A stretch of DNA of 64,000 bases from contig CM119265.1 of NCBI GenBank assembly GCA_051294375.1, positions 16,622,005 to 16,686,004 on the forward strand, written 5' to 3'. Position numbers and translations under genes: made by a program. Each line of letters starts with the position of its first letter. Position 1 is the first letter of the stretch. This document shows positions 1 to 21,200 of the stretch, one piece after another. Under the pieces are notes generated by a model. The model had not been told where the DNA came from and searched no databases. It saw only the letters and a program-made list of their open reading frames with translations. Source of the DNA: Paraspadella gotoi. Lineage: Eukaryota > Animalia > Chaetognatha.

Positions 1-1651
1 TACGGATATCGGCTGGGCTGATTGAGACGAGACCAAAGCCCAGTCCTAAACGATATCCGCTTGCCACGATGATAAAGATGAAGACTACAAAAACGGCGAC
101 TGGCCATAGATGAATCGGGATGTCTCTGAACACGCCTAAAAACCATAGATGTATTTTTAAAAAAAAAAGACTGAAGTAAAGATTTTTAGATATTAAAATA
201 ATATTAAAATATATTACCAGATATGAACTTTCCCAAGGCGTTTCCAAGAAATTCCAACGGCTCAAACATCATTTGATTAATGGTGAAAACGAGGACTCGA
301 ATCGGAGTAACCTCCGTAATAACATCGACCTGATAGGCATGGTGGAAGCGGCGACAGGCGTCTTGCTCTGGGTCGCCGAACTGAAAGGGTCTCGCCAAAG
401 ATTTCCAGACGTCAGTGAATACGCTCAAAAAAAAGGAAGAGGAGTCTTCTTCGTTAAAGGAGGAATGGCATTGGGGGGGCAACTTTTGTGAGCGATCGAC
501 AGCCTGATTTACTTGAGCCTGAGGAAAAATGGGAGCAAAGAAAGATTTTAATTTTAGAAGAAAAGTGACTGGTCAACTAAGAACTTACCTTTTGATAAAG
601 GGCCACGCCGTTCCAGGGAAGACTGACGATAAATAGAATGACGTACAATAAAACAAGAAGCTTCAAAGCGTCAGAAAAGCAAAACGAAGAGATGCACAGC
701 CTTCGAAGGAACCAAATGCCTGAAAGCGAATTGTTGGTAATTAGGACCAGCTTTATTTTAGTTCGTTTGGAAATTTAGATTAATGTAGTTGCAAAAAAAT
801 AATAATATTCAAAATTACTCGTATTCTTCAAAAAATTAGAAATATAAAGTTATAGATATAACTTCTAATAGATTTTAAGTTAATTAATAATTAACAATCA
901 CTCGATTAGATTTACCCCAAATCCCAGCGAATATTGGAACTAGCCAAAATAGATTTTGACGATTTTCAAAGAGTGCGGCGTAAGAAGGACGAGAAGAATG
1001 AGTCTCAACATCGTTTTCATCCGTCTCCCAGCGCACCTTAACCATCGCTGCGGAAAAATGCTGCAGCGCCCACAAGTTGTCCCTGCAAGCTCGGTCGTCT
1101 TTCGTTTTCGTCGTTCGCGAAACCACGCGACGCAGAAGGTCGAGATGGACGACCGGGAGACGAATGTCGGCGCGGAGGACGATCGCGTCGGTGTCCTCCG
1201 AATCTAGCCGCCCATCCGACGGAACGACGTCAAGAATCTGTCGCATGAGTTTGTAAAATGTCGAGACGCAGACGAGAGACAGTTGGGATTCGGTTTTGCA
1301 AGTTGAATTGATCGAGACGTTCGCGGAAAATGCGTCGAGGGAGGGAATGGATCCTGGAGCGTCCGGCGCTTCGATCGTGGGTTCTTTCATCGGGGAATGG
1401 TTCACGGACTGCTCTTTGTTCAGACTCTCCTTCGTCGCGTTGGGACAAACGCAAGGCGGGCAGGGGGATTCAGGTTTGGAAGGTTTCATGGTTTTTGTGC
1501 TGCTGTCGTAGTTGAACATGTCTCGATAGTCGACGTAATTCTCAGGCAAATCATCATCAAGGTAATCGACGTTCGATCGTCGATCGCCGAGGCAAACAAT
1601 TAAGTTTAAAAAAATTAGACATATTGAGAGTTTCAAGCCGATCCGAGCCAT
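1..1651 (-). CDS. CLCC1: Chloride channel CLIC-like protein 1 (3' end beyond window); spliced
   Basis: Signal peptide then YVDYRDMFNYDSSTKTMK (cf. CLCC1 WIDPTDMLNYDAASGTMRK); SLPWN TM segment; EPLEFLGNALGKFI...DIP. Exons approx 1651-916, 719-589, 518-218, 135-1 with GT-AG ends. Confidence 0.8.
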
Positions 1652-1845
1652 GACGCTCAATTTCTCTCTAAATATTTAGAGGTAATAATTATATGAAAAC
1701 TTTGATATTAAACCTCATATTTAAAATTAAACATTTAGCAGCTTGAATAGCCACGAAAAAAAAAATAAATAGTAAAATCAGAAATAACGGTTGTGGCATA
1801 GATGTTAATGACACATGGTTCTAATTTGCAGGAAAAAACAAAAAT

Positions 1846-3510
1846 TCAAACACTCATATTAATTAATGCGTCCTTATCAGCCCTTGCGCTCTTCTCGTTC
1901 TCGATGTGATAAAGCACGTCGGCGAGTGCGGCTTCAACGTACGAGAGTTCCACGTTGTCGCTCATTGGCCGCCACGAAGAACGGTCCATGTCTTTCGGGG
2001 CGTGACGGAAGCGCGGCCCAAAATTGGCCTTGACCACAGCGCTGCGATACAAACTGATGGCTGGGTAGTACGTGCCTTTATGAGCATTGTCAAAAGCTTG
2101 GCCCAGGTTCTTGCCGTTGAGGTACCAAGAGATTATCAGTCCCGGATGGGGTTTCAATTTTTTTTCCTCGATCCCCGCGTTGTCTTTCTCCTCATAATAG
2201 AGGTAACTCTTAAACTTGATCAGCGGCTTGTCCTTGTAAGTCGCCGGGAGAACCTCAGGGTAAAACTTAGTAGGCAGCTGGATGTAGCAACCGAGAATGT
2301 CGCCGGCGCCGAACTCTCGTCCGTAACTCTTGCCGTAGCTTTGGTGGAATCGCGTTCCTTTTCGCGAGCGAATCGCGTAGGAAAACTTATCATAACCGCA
2401 GGGAGCCTGCACCTGACCCAGTGCCTGTGACCAGCCGATGCGCGCGTGAGCGCCGTCGGGCAGGTCTAAGATAGTAACTTCAAAGTACCAGTTGCCGCGC
2501 GAGACGCCATGAGTGGCGCGTATCATCGAGTAGCCCTTCTCCCCGGTGACGGTGAGCCGGTCATCGTGAACCTTGAGCTGGTGAGCACGGTCGTTGAGTG
2601 AGAGGCGTACCCTCGGCTCGACAAAGCGTCGGTAGAGGTAACCGGGGATGGGTTTGCCTGCCCATTCGGCAGAGTCCTCGAATTCTTGCCGGTTGGGCGC
2701 GTGGGGGTCAGGCTCGGCCAGAAAGTACCGGTAGCCGTCTTTGTTGAAGGGATGCTCAGTCGGGTACATGGAAGGCGACTTGCCCGGCAACGAGGTGTCT
2801 TGAATCTTGTTCTTTTTCTCCCTAAACTCGCGGTTAGCGTTCTCCGCGGCCTTGCGCTTCACACCGCGTCCCGTCTTCGCCGGCGGGTCGGCCTTTTCCG
2901 CCTTTTCTTGTTTGGGCTCTCTCGGTCCGGCCGAATAGCCGGACGGGTTGAGAAGCGACGACTTAAGTGTATCGTAGTTAGGGCCGATTTTGGCCAAGTT
3001 GCCATTGACCAATCCATACTTGAGGTCGCTTAGGTCCGTCTCGTCAATTGTGAAGACATCGTTGGTCTTGAAAAGCGTCTTGGAGACGGTAGTGTGCCAG
3101 GTGTTCTTCACGCGTCGCGGCGTGGTCGTCAATGCCTCCCAGTGTTTGTCGACGTAAGGGATAATTTCTTTGTCCTTGGAGTACATCTTGCCCTCGGTTC
3201 TGTCTTTGTCCAAAGCCATCAGGTTGGCAATAGCGGTAAAACACATTTGGCCGAAACTGGCCTGCTTTTTGTTGAAACTCTCCTGTCCGGTGGAGCTGCA
3301 GAGTTTGCAGAAGAACTGGTAGTTGGTCATGAAGCAGACGCAGGGGTCCACCGGGCAGGAAACGCAATCCTTGTGGTACCATCGCTGGCAGATACCACAC
3401 TGTAGTTCGACGCTGCCTACAGTGCGTTTTTTGTTGCAATAGCAATCAATAGAGTTGGCTCCCTTGCTGGACGATCCGCCGCTTAACAGGCCGCTCGGTC
3501 CTTCGGCCAT
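1846..3510 (-). CDS. ASH2L: Set1/COMPASS subunit ASH2-like; intronless
   Basis: N-terminal atypical PHD (CYC..ELQCGICQRWYHKDC), winged helix, EHPFNKDGYRY, SPRY domain (LSLNDRAHQLK, GYDKFSY), C-terminal DPY30-binding helix. First ATG at 3510. Confidence 0.96.
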   Translation of the reverse strand: MAEGPSGLLSGGSSSKGANSIDCYCNKKRTVGSVELQCGICQRWYHKDCVSCPVDPCVCFMTNYQFFCKLCSSTGQESFNKKQASFGQMCFTAIANLMALDKDRTEGKMYSKDKEIIPYVDKHWEALTTTPRRVKNTWHTTVSKTLFKTNDVFTIDETDLSDLKYGLVNGNLAKIGPNYDTLKSSLLNPSGYSAGPREPKQEKAEKADPPAKTGRGVKRKAAENANREFREKKNKIQDTSLPGKSPSMYPTEHPFNKDGYRYFLAEPDPHAPNRQEFEDSAEWAGKPIPGYLYRRFVEPRVRLSLNDRAHQLKVHDDRLTVTGEKGYSMIRATHGVSRGNWYFEVTILDLPDGAHARIGWSQALGQVQAPCGYDKFSYAIRSRKGTRFHQSYGKSYGREFGAGDILGCYIQLPTKFYPEVLPATYKDKPLIKFKSYLYYEEKDNAGIEEKKLKPHPGLIISWYLNGKNLGQAFDNAHKGTYYPAISLYRSAVVKANFGPRFRHAPKDMDRSSWRPMSDNVELSYVEAALADVLYHIENEKSARADKDALINMSV

Positions 3511-3726
3511 GACAGCGAAGGACAAAAGGGACTAAAAAAACAAAAAAAAAACAAAGCTCTAATGAAACACGTTTTGCACAAAACCGCAAAGAAATTTTAA
3601 TTTTTTAACAATATTATATTTTTCATCTCAGCCATGACAGCAAAAGACAGTAAACAAAAAAATCAGAGCTCTCAAGCAGCACGTGTTGCACAAAGCCTCA
3701 AATAAATCTTAATTTTCTAACAAATT
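3506..3726. repeat. Degenerate tandem duplication (~120 bp) of the ASH2L upstream/start region
   Basis: gccatgacagcgaaggaca...agctct...cacgttttgcacaaa...ttaatttt (3506-3612) recurs as gccatgacagcaaaagaca...agctct...cacgtgttgcacaaa...ttaatttt (3631-3725). Confidence 0.8.
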
Positions 3727-4175
3727 TATGAAATTGGTACATTCATTTCGGAATCGATGGATTCGCGAGAAGGAACTTCAACGGGTTTTCGCGGGTTAAA
3801 TAACCAGTCCCAAATAACCCAGCCACCGAAAATAATTAAACCAAAAGTTTCAAACGGGAAATTGAATCTTTCCGACAACCGCTTCGACTTCACGGTGTGA
3901 TATATTTTTTCTCGGATCGCAGCAGCGCGCTCCGCCTCCTCCGGACTTAGCTTCTCTAGCTCCTCCATAGGGATGTTGTGATCTAGCCAGTCCAAATTCG
4001 TCTCGGAGCCAACTTTTTCTCTCTCTTTACTTTCGCCAAGCTTATTGGGAGGAAGATTTCGCGATGCCAAAGACCTCGACGGTGCCAATGGAACAATCGA
4101 GGGTCGCGAGACGAGAGACACAATGTGCAGAGGCCTTGAGCCACGGAGAGCGCGAATTATCATTGGAGTATACAT
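3726..4175 (-). CDS. Small unknown protein, probable mitochondrial single-pass membrane protein
   Basis: R/S/L-rich N-terminus free of acidic residues (presequence-like), one hydrophobic helix FGLIIFGGWVIWDWLF, GC-rich coding-like composition. ATG at 4175 (or 4163) follows a GCTTTAG acceptor. Confidence 0.6.
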   Translation of the reverse strand: MYTPMIIRALRGSRPLHIVSLVSRPSIVPLAPSRSLASRNLPPNKLGESKEREKVGSETNLDWLDHNIPMEELEKLSPEEAERAAAIREKIYHTVKSKRLSERFNFPFETFGLIIFGGWVIWDWLFNPRKPVEVPSRESIDSEMNVPIS

Positions 4176-4323
4176 TATAGTAACTAAAGCAAAAAACAAA
4201 ATATAATAAAAAACTAATCGAAGCATCGCAGAAAAATCAGGGGAAAAAGTGGGAACTCATTGAGCTATTTTTAAAATTGAATAAAAAGAAAAAAAGAAAA
4301 AAGTACTTCGAACATGATATAAT

Positions 4324-12254
<7,931 letters not shown>

Positions 12255-12557
12255 TGTTTTTATTTCACTTTCGAGAACAAATATATTTTAAATCTTAAAG
12301 GCATAGGCAAAAAGATGCTAAAAATCAAAACTTAAGGTGACTACGTTTGAAACATGATTCGTCTATGGGTTGTATGATTTAAACTTGAAGGGTTGTTTGG
12401 GGAAAATTGTATGATTTAAAGGGACGTTATTATTGGCTCATTTTAACCGCTCTTAAATAAATTAAATAAAAAAAATAATAATTACAAGATAATTTAACCG
12501 CTTTATTCGTTTGACTAGGATACATTTTTCTGAAACCTTCTTCCAGAAGTTCTCTGA

Positions 12558-13213
12558 CACGGATTTCAAATGGGAGTGAAATGAAAGGATCAAATACTGT
12601 GGCTAAATAATTCAGATTTTGCACTCTGGTAGAAAAATTGCTGACGTTTTTTATTTTCCAACTCCCAGTAGTCCAGCTTGCTTACTTTCTTAGTTATGGG
12701 CTCATGAATGGCATGGTCGAATTTCAAAAAGCAAACTTTTTTGCATTTGAATAGGACATTCCTGTTATAAAATATATTTTTATGAAAAAAATGTAAAATG
12801 TTTGAAAATGTTGGTTCATCTTATGACAACCATTTTCATTTTATACGTTTTCTCTTTAAAGCTTATAAAAAATACAAATTTTAGCTTTGAAAAATAATTG
12901 GAAAAAAACAATGATCTGGCAAGTGCCTGTTGCCTAACTAAACCTTAAAATATATTAATGAACAATTTTTTGCATGCTCCCGAAACATTATACTAAATAA
13001 TAAATGTAAAAGAAATAGAAATTTTCGTATCATTTTTTTTCACAATGAGTTTAAAAGCGCACCAGTTGCTGTGATGTAAAGTATTATCAATTTGCTTTAT
13101 AGGAACATAAACGTCTGGGAATTTTCTAACTAATGAAGAACAAATATTATTCACATTCAGTCAGTTAAGAGTTATATCAATTCTTTTCATTTCACTCCCA
13201 TTTGAAATCCGTG
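12558..13213. mobile_element. Non-autonomous TIR element with CACGG ends in the YME1L-RECQL gap
   Basis: cacggatttcaaatgggagtgaaatgaaa versus tttcatttcactcccatttgaaatccgtg (~29-bp TIR); TSD degraded. Confidence 0.8.
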
Positions 13214-13353
13214 TAGACTTAATCAAGTTAATGCACTCAGTGCAAAATTGAGATTCTGATTCCTGGTCTTGAGCAAGTCCGTTTTTCGAAAACGTTAACA
13301 TTCCTTAAATATCAGACTTAATTAATACTAAATAATATTATTTATTAAAAAGA

Positions 13354-16300
13354 CTATTTCGTTTGTTCTAACTTCGGTTCGGATATAAAAACTAGGGGGG
13401 ATTTAGTTTTCCTGTTCGACTTAGTTGAAAAATGATTAGCGTCCTTATCAGCGCATGTTGGTTGATGGTCGAGACAAAACTGGCAAACGTTTTTGCCTTC
13501 GTCGACTCCGACAAAGACAGGGGCGAACGCTGTTGTTGAGGCTGCCCGATGACGAGAGGCCTCATCCTCCAAAGCCTTTAACTCTGAGGACCCCTTAGAG
13601 TCCTTTTGGTTAAGGATGGCCTGCCATTCGGCCTCGTCGAGTTTGTCATTCCTCTCTGCGGCAACGACGCTACTATCAACATCCTTAGGAGGCGTTTCCG
13701 TCGGAGCGGACGCTCCCGAACTATCCACAGTCTCGTCATTGTTGGAATTGCGACTGACGATCTTCGCCTCTTTCACTGGCGCGAGGTCGACTACACCGCC
13801 AGCCGCGCCAGCCGGTGCCACAGAGGAAGCGGAAGAAATCATCTTGACTGCGCCGCTTCGGTGCGTGGGGGTGTTTTCTGAGTCTTGATACTAACAAGCA
13901 ACAAATGTTGTATAACCACACAGTCATTGATTAATAATTTATTAAATAACTCAAAGGCCATACTTGACACGATTTTACGACTTTGTCAATTTCTTCGCCG
14001 TCCAAAGTCTCGTATTTGAGGAGGGCTTCGGCCAGCGCCTTGTGTTCGCGGTGATACTTAAGCAAAAGTGATCTTGACCTTTCGTAAGATGCTTCCAAAA
14101 GCCGTTGAACCTCCAAAAATGTATTTAAAAAATGATTCCTTAAGCTTCATTGTACTCGGTGGTAATTTAATGGTAAACAAGTACCTCGACATTGATGAGC
14201 CTAGCAAATGACGCGTCAAGAGTGACGGCATCAGTGTCGAACGACCGGCATTTAAATCGCGTAGTCATTCCCCATGTCTTTACCATCCCCGCTGCGATAT
14301 TGGTGGCTTGTTTGAGATCCCCTAAAGGCAGAAGTTTAAAGAAAAGAATCATTGGCCGCAAGACATCGATTCCAACGGCTTTCTATCAACAAATCATTAA
14401 TACATGTATCGATTTTTTTAAAATTTGGTCTTTCATCTCATCCTTGCTTAATAAGCTTATGCATTGCTTATGAATTCTCGGGTCAATCGCCCGCCTCGTA
14501 CCCTTCGATCTTGTGGATACAAGAGCATCCCCATAAACGATCTCCTCGGCGATCCTTCCAGCGAGAAGTCGATCCATCGCCGTCATCAATTGACCCTTCG
14601 TGTCGGAATAAAGCTCCGCCTCGGGAATGTAAGACGTGTAACTGATGGACAGAAAGTCATAAGACTGTATATGAAATGAATCTTAGCAAAACAATTGGCA
14701 TTGGAATTTCAAAAGAATTTTTTTGGTCATTTTATTTTCTCTCCACTCTTACAAGAAGGGATAATTTTTGTATTGTTTGTAGGTACTTACCAATTTCCCC
14801 CCAAAAAATTATCTTTTTAAAATAGCGTTTAATATATATTTTAAAGCGAACAAATTTACAAGTTTAACCATTGAACTCACCCCAAATCGCTTTCCCTAGG
14901 AATGATAGTTAATCGATGAATCGGGTGAGAGTGAGGAGAGAAAAGGCTGACGACGGCGTGACCTGCCTCGTGCCAGGCCGTCACTTCGTTGGTAAACGAG
15001 TCAGGCAAACGTTCCTGGGATGGATGGAACGTTTCATGGATTTCATAACCAGCTCAAACCGCCCAAACAACTTTTTACTCTTTCACCTTGTGCATGTGGC
15101 CAAGAATTTGATCTTTCGCCCATTCCAAGTGCTCCAGGGCAACACCTTCCTTTTTGTCTAAAAGAGCTTTGGAAACGGCCATGTTGACCAAACGCTCCAG
15201 CGTGCCTGCGGTAAAACCGGATGTGCCACGAGCAAGAAACGTTAAAAGGCGAGAATCCACGAAGCCGTCTTTGGAAGATGAGCTTTCGGTAGATGGAATG
15301 TGGCCGGTGCCCACCGACGTGGAAGGATCCATTCTTATTTCATTGAGATACCTTTGGTAATAACGATGAAAAGCAAATTATGAGTCAGTGACTCAGTGTC
15401 CATTACATTGAGCATATTTTCCCACAATTCTGGATTAATCAGCGGCTCTGAATTAGAGTTCCGATAACCGTTAATTTTTTAGGAAATTTCGGCTTAACCG
15501 TTAAAACTAACATTTTTAAACGGTTAACCGTTAAGATCGGTTAATTTTATATTCAACTTTAAATTTAAAATATTAAGATTTAAACAAAATAAAGTATTTA
15601 ATGGTATTTTCTTTTAACTCTGGCTCTTGAATGCGCTGATAAAGACTTGAAACAGAGTCGAAACATGTCTATTTTTATGTCAAATAAAATTGTTGTTGTA
15701 ACAAAACAAATATTTTGCTAATCTCATAACACAACGAAACGAAAGGATACCATCAAATTCTAATTCTATATTTTGTTTTCTCTTTATCTCTTTTTGCTTT
15801 CTCTTTTTCTTTCTCTACTTCTTCTATTCCCCATTATTTTTGTAGTTGTTAGTTTCTTAAACGCTTGTTTTCTGTTGTTAGTCTTTCATAAACTATGACC
15901 AATGGTCATTGACCATAAATATAAATATGAATTTTAATTTATTGATAGACTGGTTGATTTATCGATTGATCAAAATATTTATTGATTAATAAATATATTT
16001 TTCAGTTTAATTAAAAAGTATATCATCATTATTCTTTTTTATGTCTTTTTTAAGATTCGTTCCCTCTATTATTAATTTTTAAATTTTTTTAAAATAATTT
16101 TTTTATTTGGTTTTTATTCATTTTTTTCATTCATTCGGTTTTATTTCATTTGCTTCTTTGTTAATTTTAAAGAGGGAAAGAAAAAGAGAGAAAAAGTAAA
16201 ATAGGGATTATTTATTTTTAGCTAAATTGAATATATATTATTGCATGAAAGGGCAAAAAAAAGGAAAAAGCAAAACGGCGAAAAAAAGAAAGAAAAAGAA

Positions 16301-18208
16301 AGGGGGAAAGAAGGGAAAAGTGAGAAAGAAAAGAAAGGAACAGGAGATAAATAAAGGGGAAGAATGAGAGAGATGAGGATAGAAAAAAAAGGAGAAAATA
16401 ACAAAGGAAAAAAGCAGGGAAAAATTGGAGAAGAGAGAGAGGGGTAAAAATATGGTGAGAAGGGGAGAGGAGAATAAGAGAGAACATAAAAAAAATAGTT
16501 TTTTTTTTAAATTTAAAGATTTCATACCAAAAAATGAAAAAAAATCACATTTGAAAATTAACCGAATTTAACCGTTAAAATGAATATATTAACGGTTAAG
16601 TTAAAATTATTTTTAACCGTTAATAACCGTTAAGAAAAAGGGTCATTCAATCAACTTTAAAATAGGCTAAAATGGAGTACAAATTCAGAAAGCTGAGCTC
16701 TGGCGATTCCGAAAATGTATTTACTTTAAGCATTTGATGCATTCTACCCCATTTTATATCGGTTTTAATTATAATATAAATAATAAAAGAAACCTATCTG
16801 AAGAGTTGCAGATCAAACGAAAAGGCCAATCCACCTGATATTTTTTATGAATTTTTTATTACTGAATTAGAAAATGTAATAGAGAGACATTTTTAAATTT
16901 CAACTTGTATCCTTGAAAATGATACGTTTTTAAAACTTTAACCCTGAATTCTTTCTAACTGGAACGCGTTTATCAAAATGTCTCTCTATTACATTTTACA
17001 AATGTTTTTAAGATTGCTAATCAAATTTTTAATTCAATATTATTGCAGTCGTTCTAGGCTGCAAATCGTCTTCAAATTCATGTGTAGATTCATTGTAGCT
17101 CGAATTTCTTTATCATCATATTTAACTGAAGATTTGTTCATGACTGGAAAACCAACAGAGTAAACTGAGATTAATTGCTTAATTCTCCCCTTCTAAATTA
17201 TCCTATACCGTGATTTAACTTCTTACCTAGAATTTCGTAACAACCAGATTGAAAAACAAATCTTTAGAAAATGTGCTTACCCATTTAACTTAACAATTTT
17301 GTTATTTACCCATTTAAAAAAAATTATTGAAAATGGAATGTTTACATATAAATAAGAACTTATTTTTTTGTGATTACTGATGACTATAATGTATTTCTCG
17401 ATATATTAGCTCTAACACATCAATGATTACGTATTGTTATGCTGAAAGACCTTTCCTCTTAACACTTAACGGTTATCGGAACACTACTCTGAATATATCC
17501 TAGCAGTCTTTATATTTCTTATTATTATCTAATCAGGTGATAATGAACTACGAAATACAATTTTAATTCCATAACGAATCACGCCAATGTCAAATTCGGG
17601 TACAGCGTACTAATAACTTAAAAAAGGGTGCTAAAGAGATTTTGGTCACAAGAAAGACTATTCTCTATAAAAATACTATAAATCGACGCATGATGATGTT
17701 CTCCATTCCCACGAGAGGGAATCTGGGGGATATGTCGTAGCAAGGGGAGGAGGTAGCTTGTTGACTACCTCTCGCTTCTTTACTTTTCCGATATCAAGTT
17801 ATTTATAAAGATTTATCACTGATGCTCTCAGTGGCTGCCATTGGCGAAACTATATTTATCGAAAATTTAAAAGATACGTACTTTTATAAATATCAGATAA
17901 GGATCAAGTCTGTCATTTTTTCTGGTTTTTTAACCGTTTACATATCAATAAAATATTTTTCAAAAAAACAAAGGATTTCATCTGTAAAAGCTACTTTTAC
18001 ATGCACCTGGGGTTCCCCCGCATTATTACAGTCTTTATATGGCGACTTACGACCGGTCTCTCCCGAAACCTGATCCACTTTTATCAACTTTTTTTGTTGG
18101 TCAAAAAACAATAGCAACCTCACCATGACCAAATCTGGAGGGAAAAAAGCGAAGGGGTTTGTCCCACGATTCGCCCCTCCGACTAATTCTCTTCTCTCCT
18201 CTCCTCTT

Positions 18209-18253
<45 letters not shown>

Positions 18254-21200
18254 AACAAAACAAAAAACCAACAAAAAAACCGACGCAAACGCGTGCAAAG
18301 ACTAAGTTGCGAAAAAGGGAAATGTAAAAAATTATTAACTGGCCACAACATTCATACGACAAATTTAAAAATCATTATAATCATCTAATACATGTAAATA
18401 CCAAAACACTTGACAGAATTTTAATCTTTTTTTTTTTGCTCTTGTTCGAAGACATCAAGACATCAGCGGTAAGTCCATGGGGAAGACGGGGGTCGCGGAG
18501 GGAAGGCATCTCTGCCGACGAAAGATTTCCGAGGAAGAGGATAATATTTAGAAAGGGTCAAAGGGGAACGAGAAGAGGCTGATCGGTCGGAAGAGCGAGG
18601 ACGCCGACGAGGGAAAGGTCCTCCCTCCGTCGGATAGAAAAAGGTGAAGAGGCAAATTCGTCACATTAGTCTTGCGATTCACATCGTCTTGGTCACTCGA
18701 AAACTTAGTTCAGAAAAAAAAAATTTCTACATTATTTATCACGTTTGACTCGTTCGCTAAAATGGAAAACAACGACATAAAGAAAAACGGGCCAAACATT
18801 ACGAAAACTCTTGAAAAAAAAATCCTTGCTTACAATGCTTTAAGGTAAGTTGTTTGTTAAACTATGTATGCAAAAATGAATGTACATAATACTCTGACTA
18901 TTTTAAAATGATACGACAAAAATAATTATTATTAACAAATCTTTGACACCAGACTAAATATTAATCCATAATTAACGATTGGTTAATAAAATAAATATTG
19001 AAAAGAAAATAGTTCGTAAAGATGCTCGAAATAATTGAGACCAACTTGCCAAAAATTTTTTTATTAAAATTTAGTTTAGTACGGTAATTTTAACAACTTA
19101 GGTAAATAACAAATTTTTAAAAAAACCCTGACGATTTAATTTATATACATGGTGACAATTTAACAAGCGCCGGTAGAAATATGCTGTCATTTGCAAGCCA
19201 GTGGTTATTTCATTGATTTTAAAAATTAGTTTAGTAGAAAATACTAAAACTATTTATATGTTAAAATTTTATATTGATCAGTTAATATATGCATTGACAA
19301 TGAGTGGAGAAAGTTGGCTTTTCAAATCGCGTTTCATTTTTCAACTCACCGTTTTTAAATTCAATTTTTTTTGGGAACTTTTAGCACTTTTTTAAATAAA
19401 GTATTTATTAAAATATTAATAATATTAATATCCTCAGAATATGAAGAGATTGATATACTTACGAAAGCTCTAACATAAAAAGTAAGCTGCCCAGCCTTGG
19501 TTCAATTAAGAATATTAAAAGTGAATTATTTAAAATTTTAAATCTTTTTTCAAAATATATGACCTGCTTAAATTATTATAACAAAAAATATTATTATTTA
19601 TATCAGTATCATGAAAAAGCCAGAGAAAAAAAGATTTAAGATAGCCAATCACAATTTGATAAAAATCATAGATTTACTCTCCAGCTAAAAAGATGTCTCG
19701 TTTTTGAATATTCTAATTAAATTAAAGCTGGGCCAATTAAATTTTATACTACAGTATTTGTAAGTATATAATTCTCTTCATATTTTTAAAGGCTTTCTGA
19801 GGATATTAATATTGTTAATATTTTAATAAATACTATGTTTAAAAAAGTGCTAAAAATTCCAAAAAAAAATTGTATTTAAAAACTGTGTTGGAAAATGAAA
19901 CCCGATTTTACAAGCCAACTTTCTCCACTCATTGTCAAGGCATATCTTAACTGATCAATAAAATTTTAACACATAAATAATTTTAATATTTTCTACTCAA
20001 CTAAATTTTAAAATCAATGAAATAACTACTGGTTTGCAAATGACAGCGTATTTCTACCGGCACTTGTAAAATTGTCACCATGTGTTTTATTCGTTTACAA
20101 CAATTAGTTGAAACAGTACATTCAAAAGGGCATACAGCTTTACACCATTACAGATAAACACTTAAATTGTACAGTTTACAATTCAACAAAATATAATCTT
20201 AAACTTAAATTTATAAATGATATCCTACTTAAAACGAACAACGTTAGTCTAACAAATAAAAAAACCAAAATTGATATTATTGAGGAAAGAATGTTAACTA
20301 TTTTTTTTGTATTACTGTTTTGATTCTTTCTATGTAGCATTAAATAAGAAAATTTTGTTTGTTTTCAGACAACAAATTTTTTCTTATTATTAGTAATAAA
20401 AAACGGACATGTTTCGGGTAGCCTTCAACCAAATCTTGCGCTAATGAAGGCTCGCAATATAGCCGAAACGTGTCCATTTTTTTTTAATAATAATAAAAAT
20501 TAAATCATTGTCTGAAAACAAAAAACAATTTTTCTCATTGTATTACTCTAAAACGAAAACAGGGTATGTAGTACATCGTTATAAAAAATATAAATACAGA
20601 GAAATTTGTTACAAAATCATCATTTCACAAGGCAGCAACTATGTTTTACGTAACTGTTGACAATATATTAATATATTGACGATCTTATGTCTTTTCATGC
20701 CATTTACAGTTAGATTGGATTTTGAACGTCAAATATACATGTATTTTACCTTAACTTTTGTTCTCTTTTTTTCAGAGATTCGGCACCCCGAAAGACCTGC
20801 GACGGCATCAGGTCATCCACACCGGCCAGAGGCCTTACCGATGCAAGCATTGCAAAGCCGATTTTACGCAAAACGGCAATATGCTGCGCCATGTGAAAGC
20901 CAAGCACCCAAAGGAGTATTCAGAGATTCGAAAAAACAAATCTGCAATCAGCAACAAAGAAAATCCTCCAAAAAAGACTTACCGTCACCTACAGCCCACC
21001 TCCTGTCAAGTTTGCCATATAGTTATGGACGATCCAGAAAAGCTCAAGGAACATGCATGCCCTACAACCGTTTATTACCAATGCCCACATTGTGGCACGA
21101 GTCATAACTTAAAAGAGATGCAGCAACACCAATTTATTTATAAGGAAGCCATTTTTCCTTGTGACGAATGCCACTTGAAATTTAACAGTCAATGTTACAT

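Noticed and set aside
16218-16525. F/L/S-rich ORFs
   Set aside because: Low-complexity purine tract inside a hAT element.
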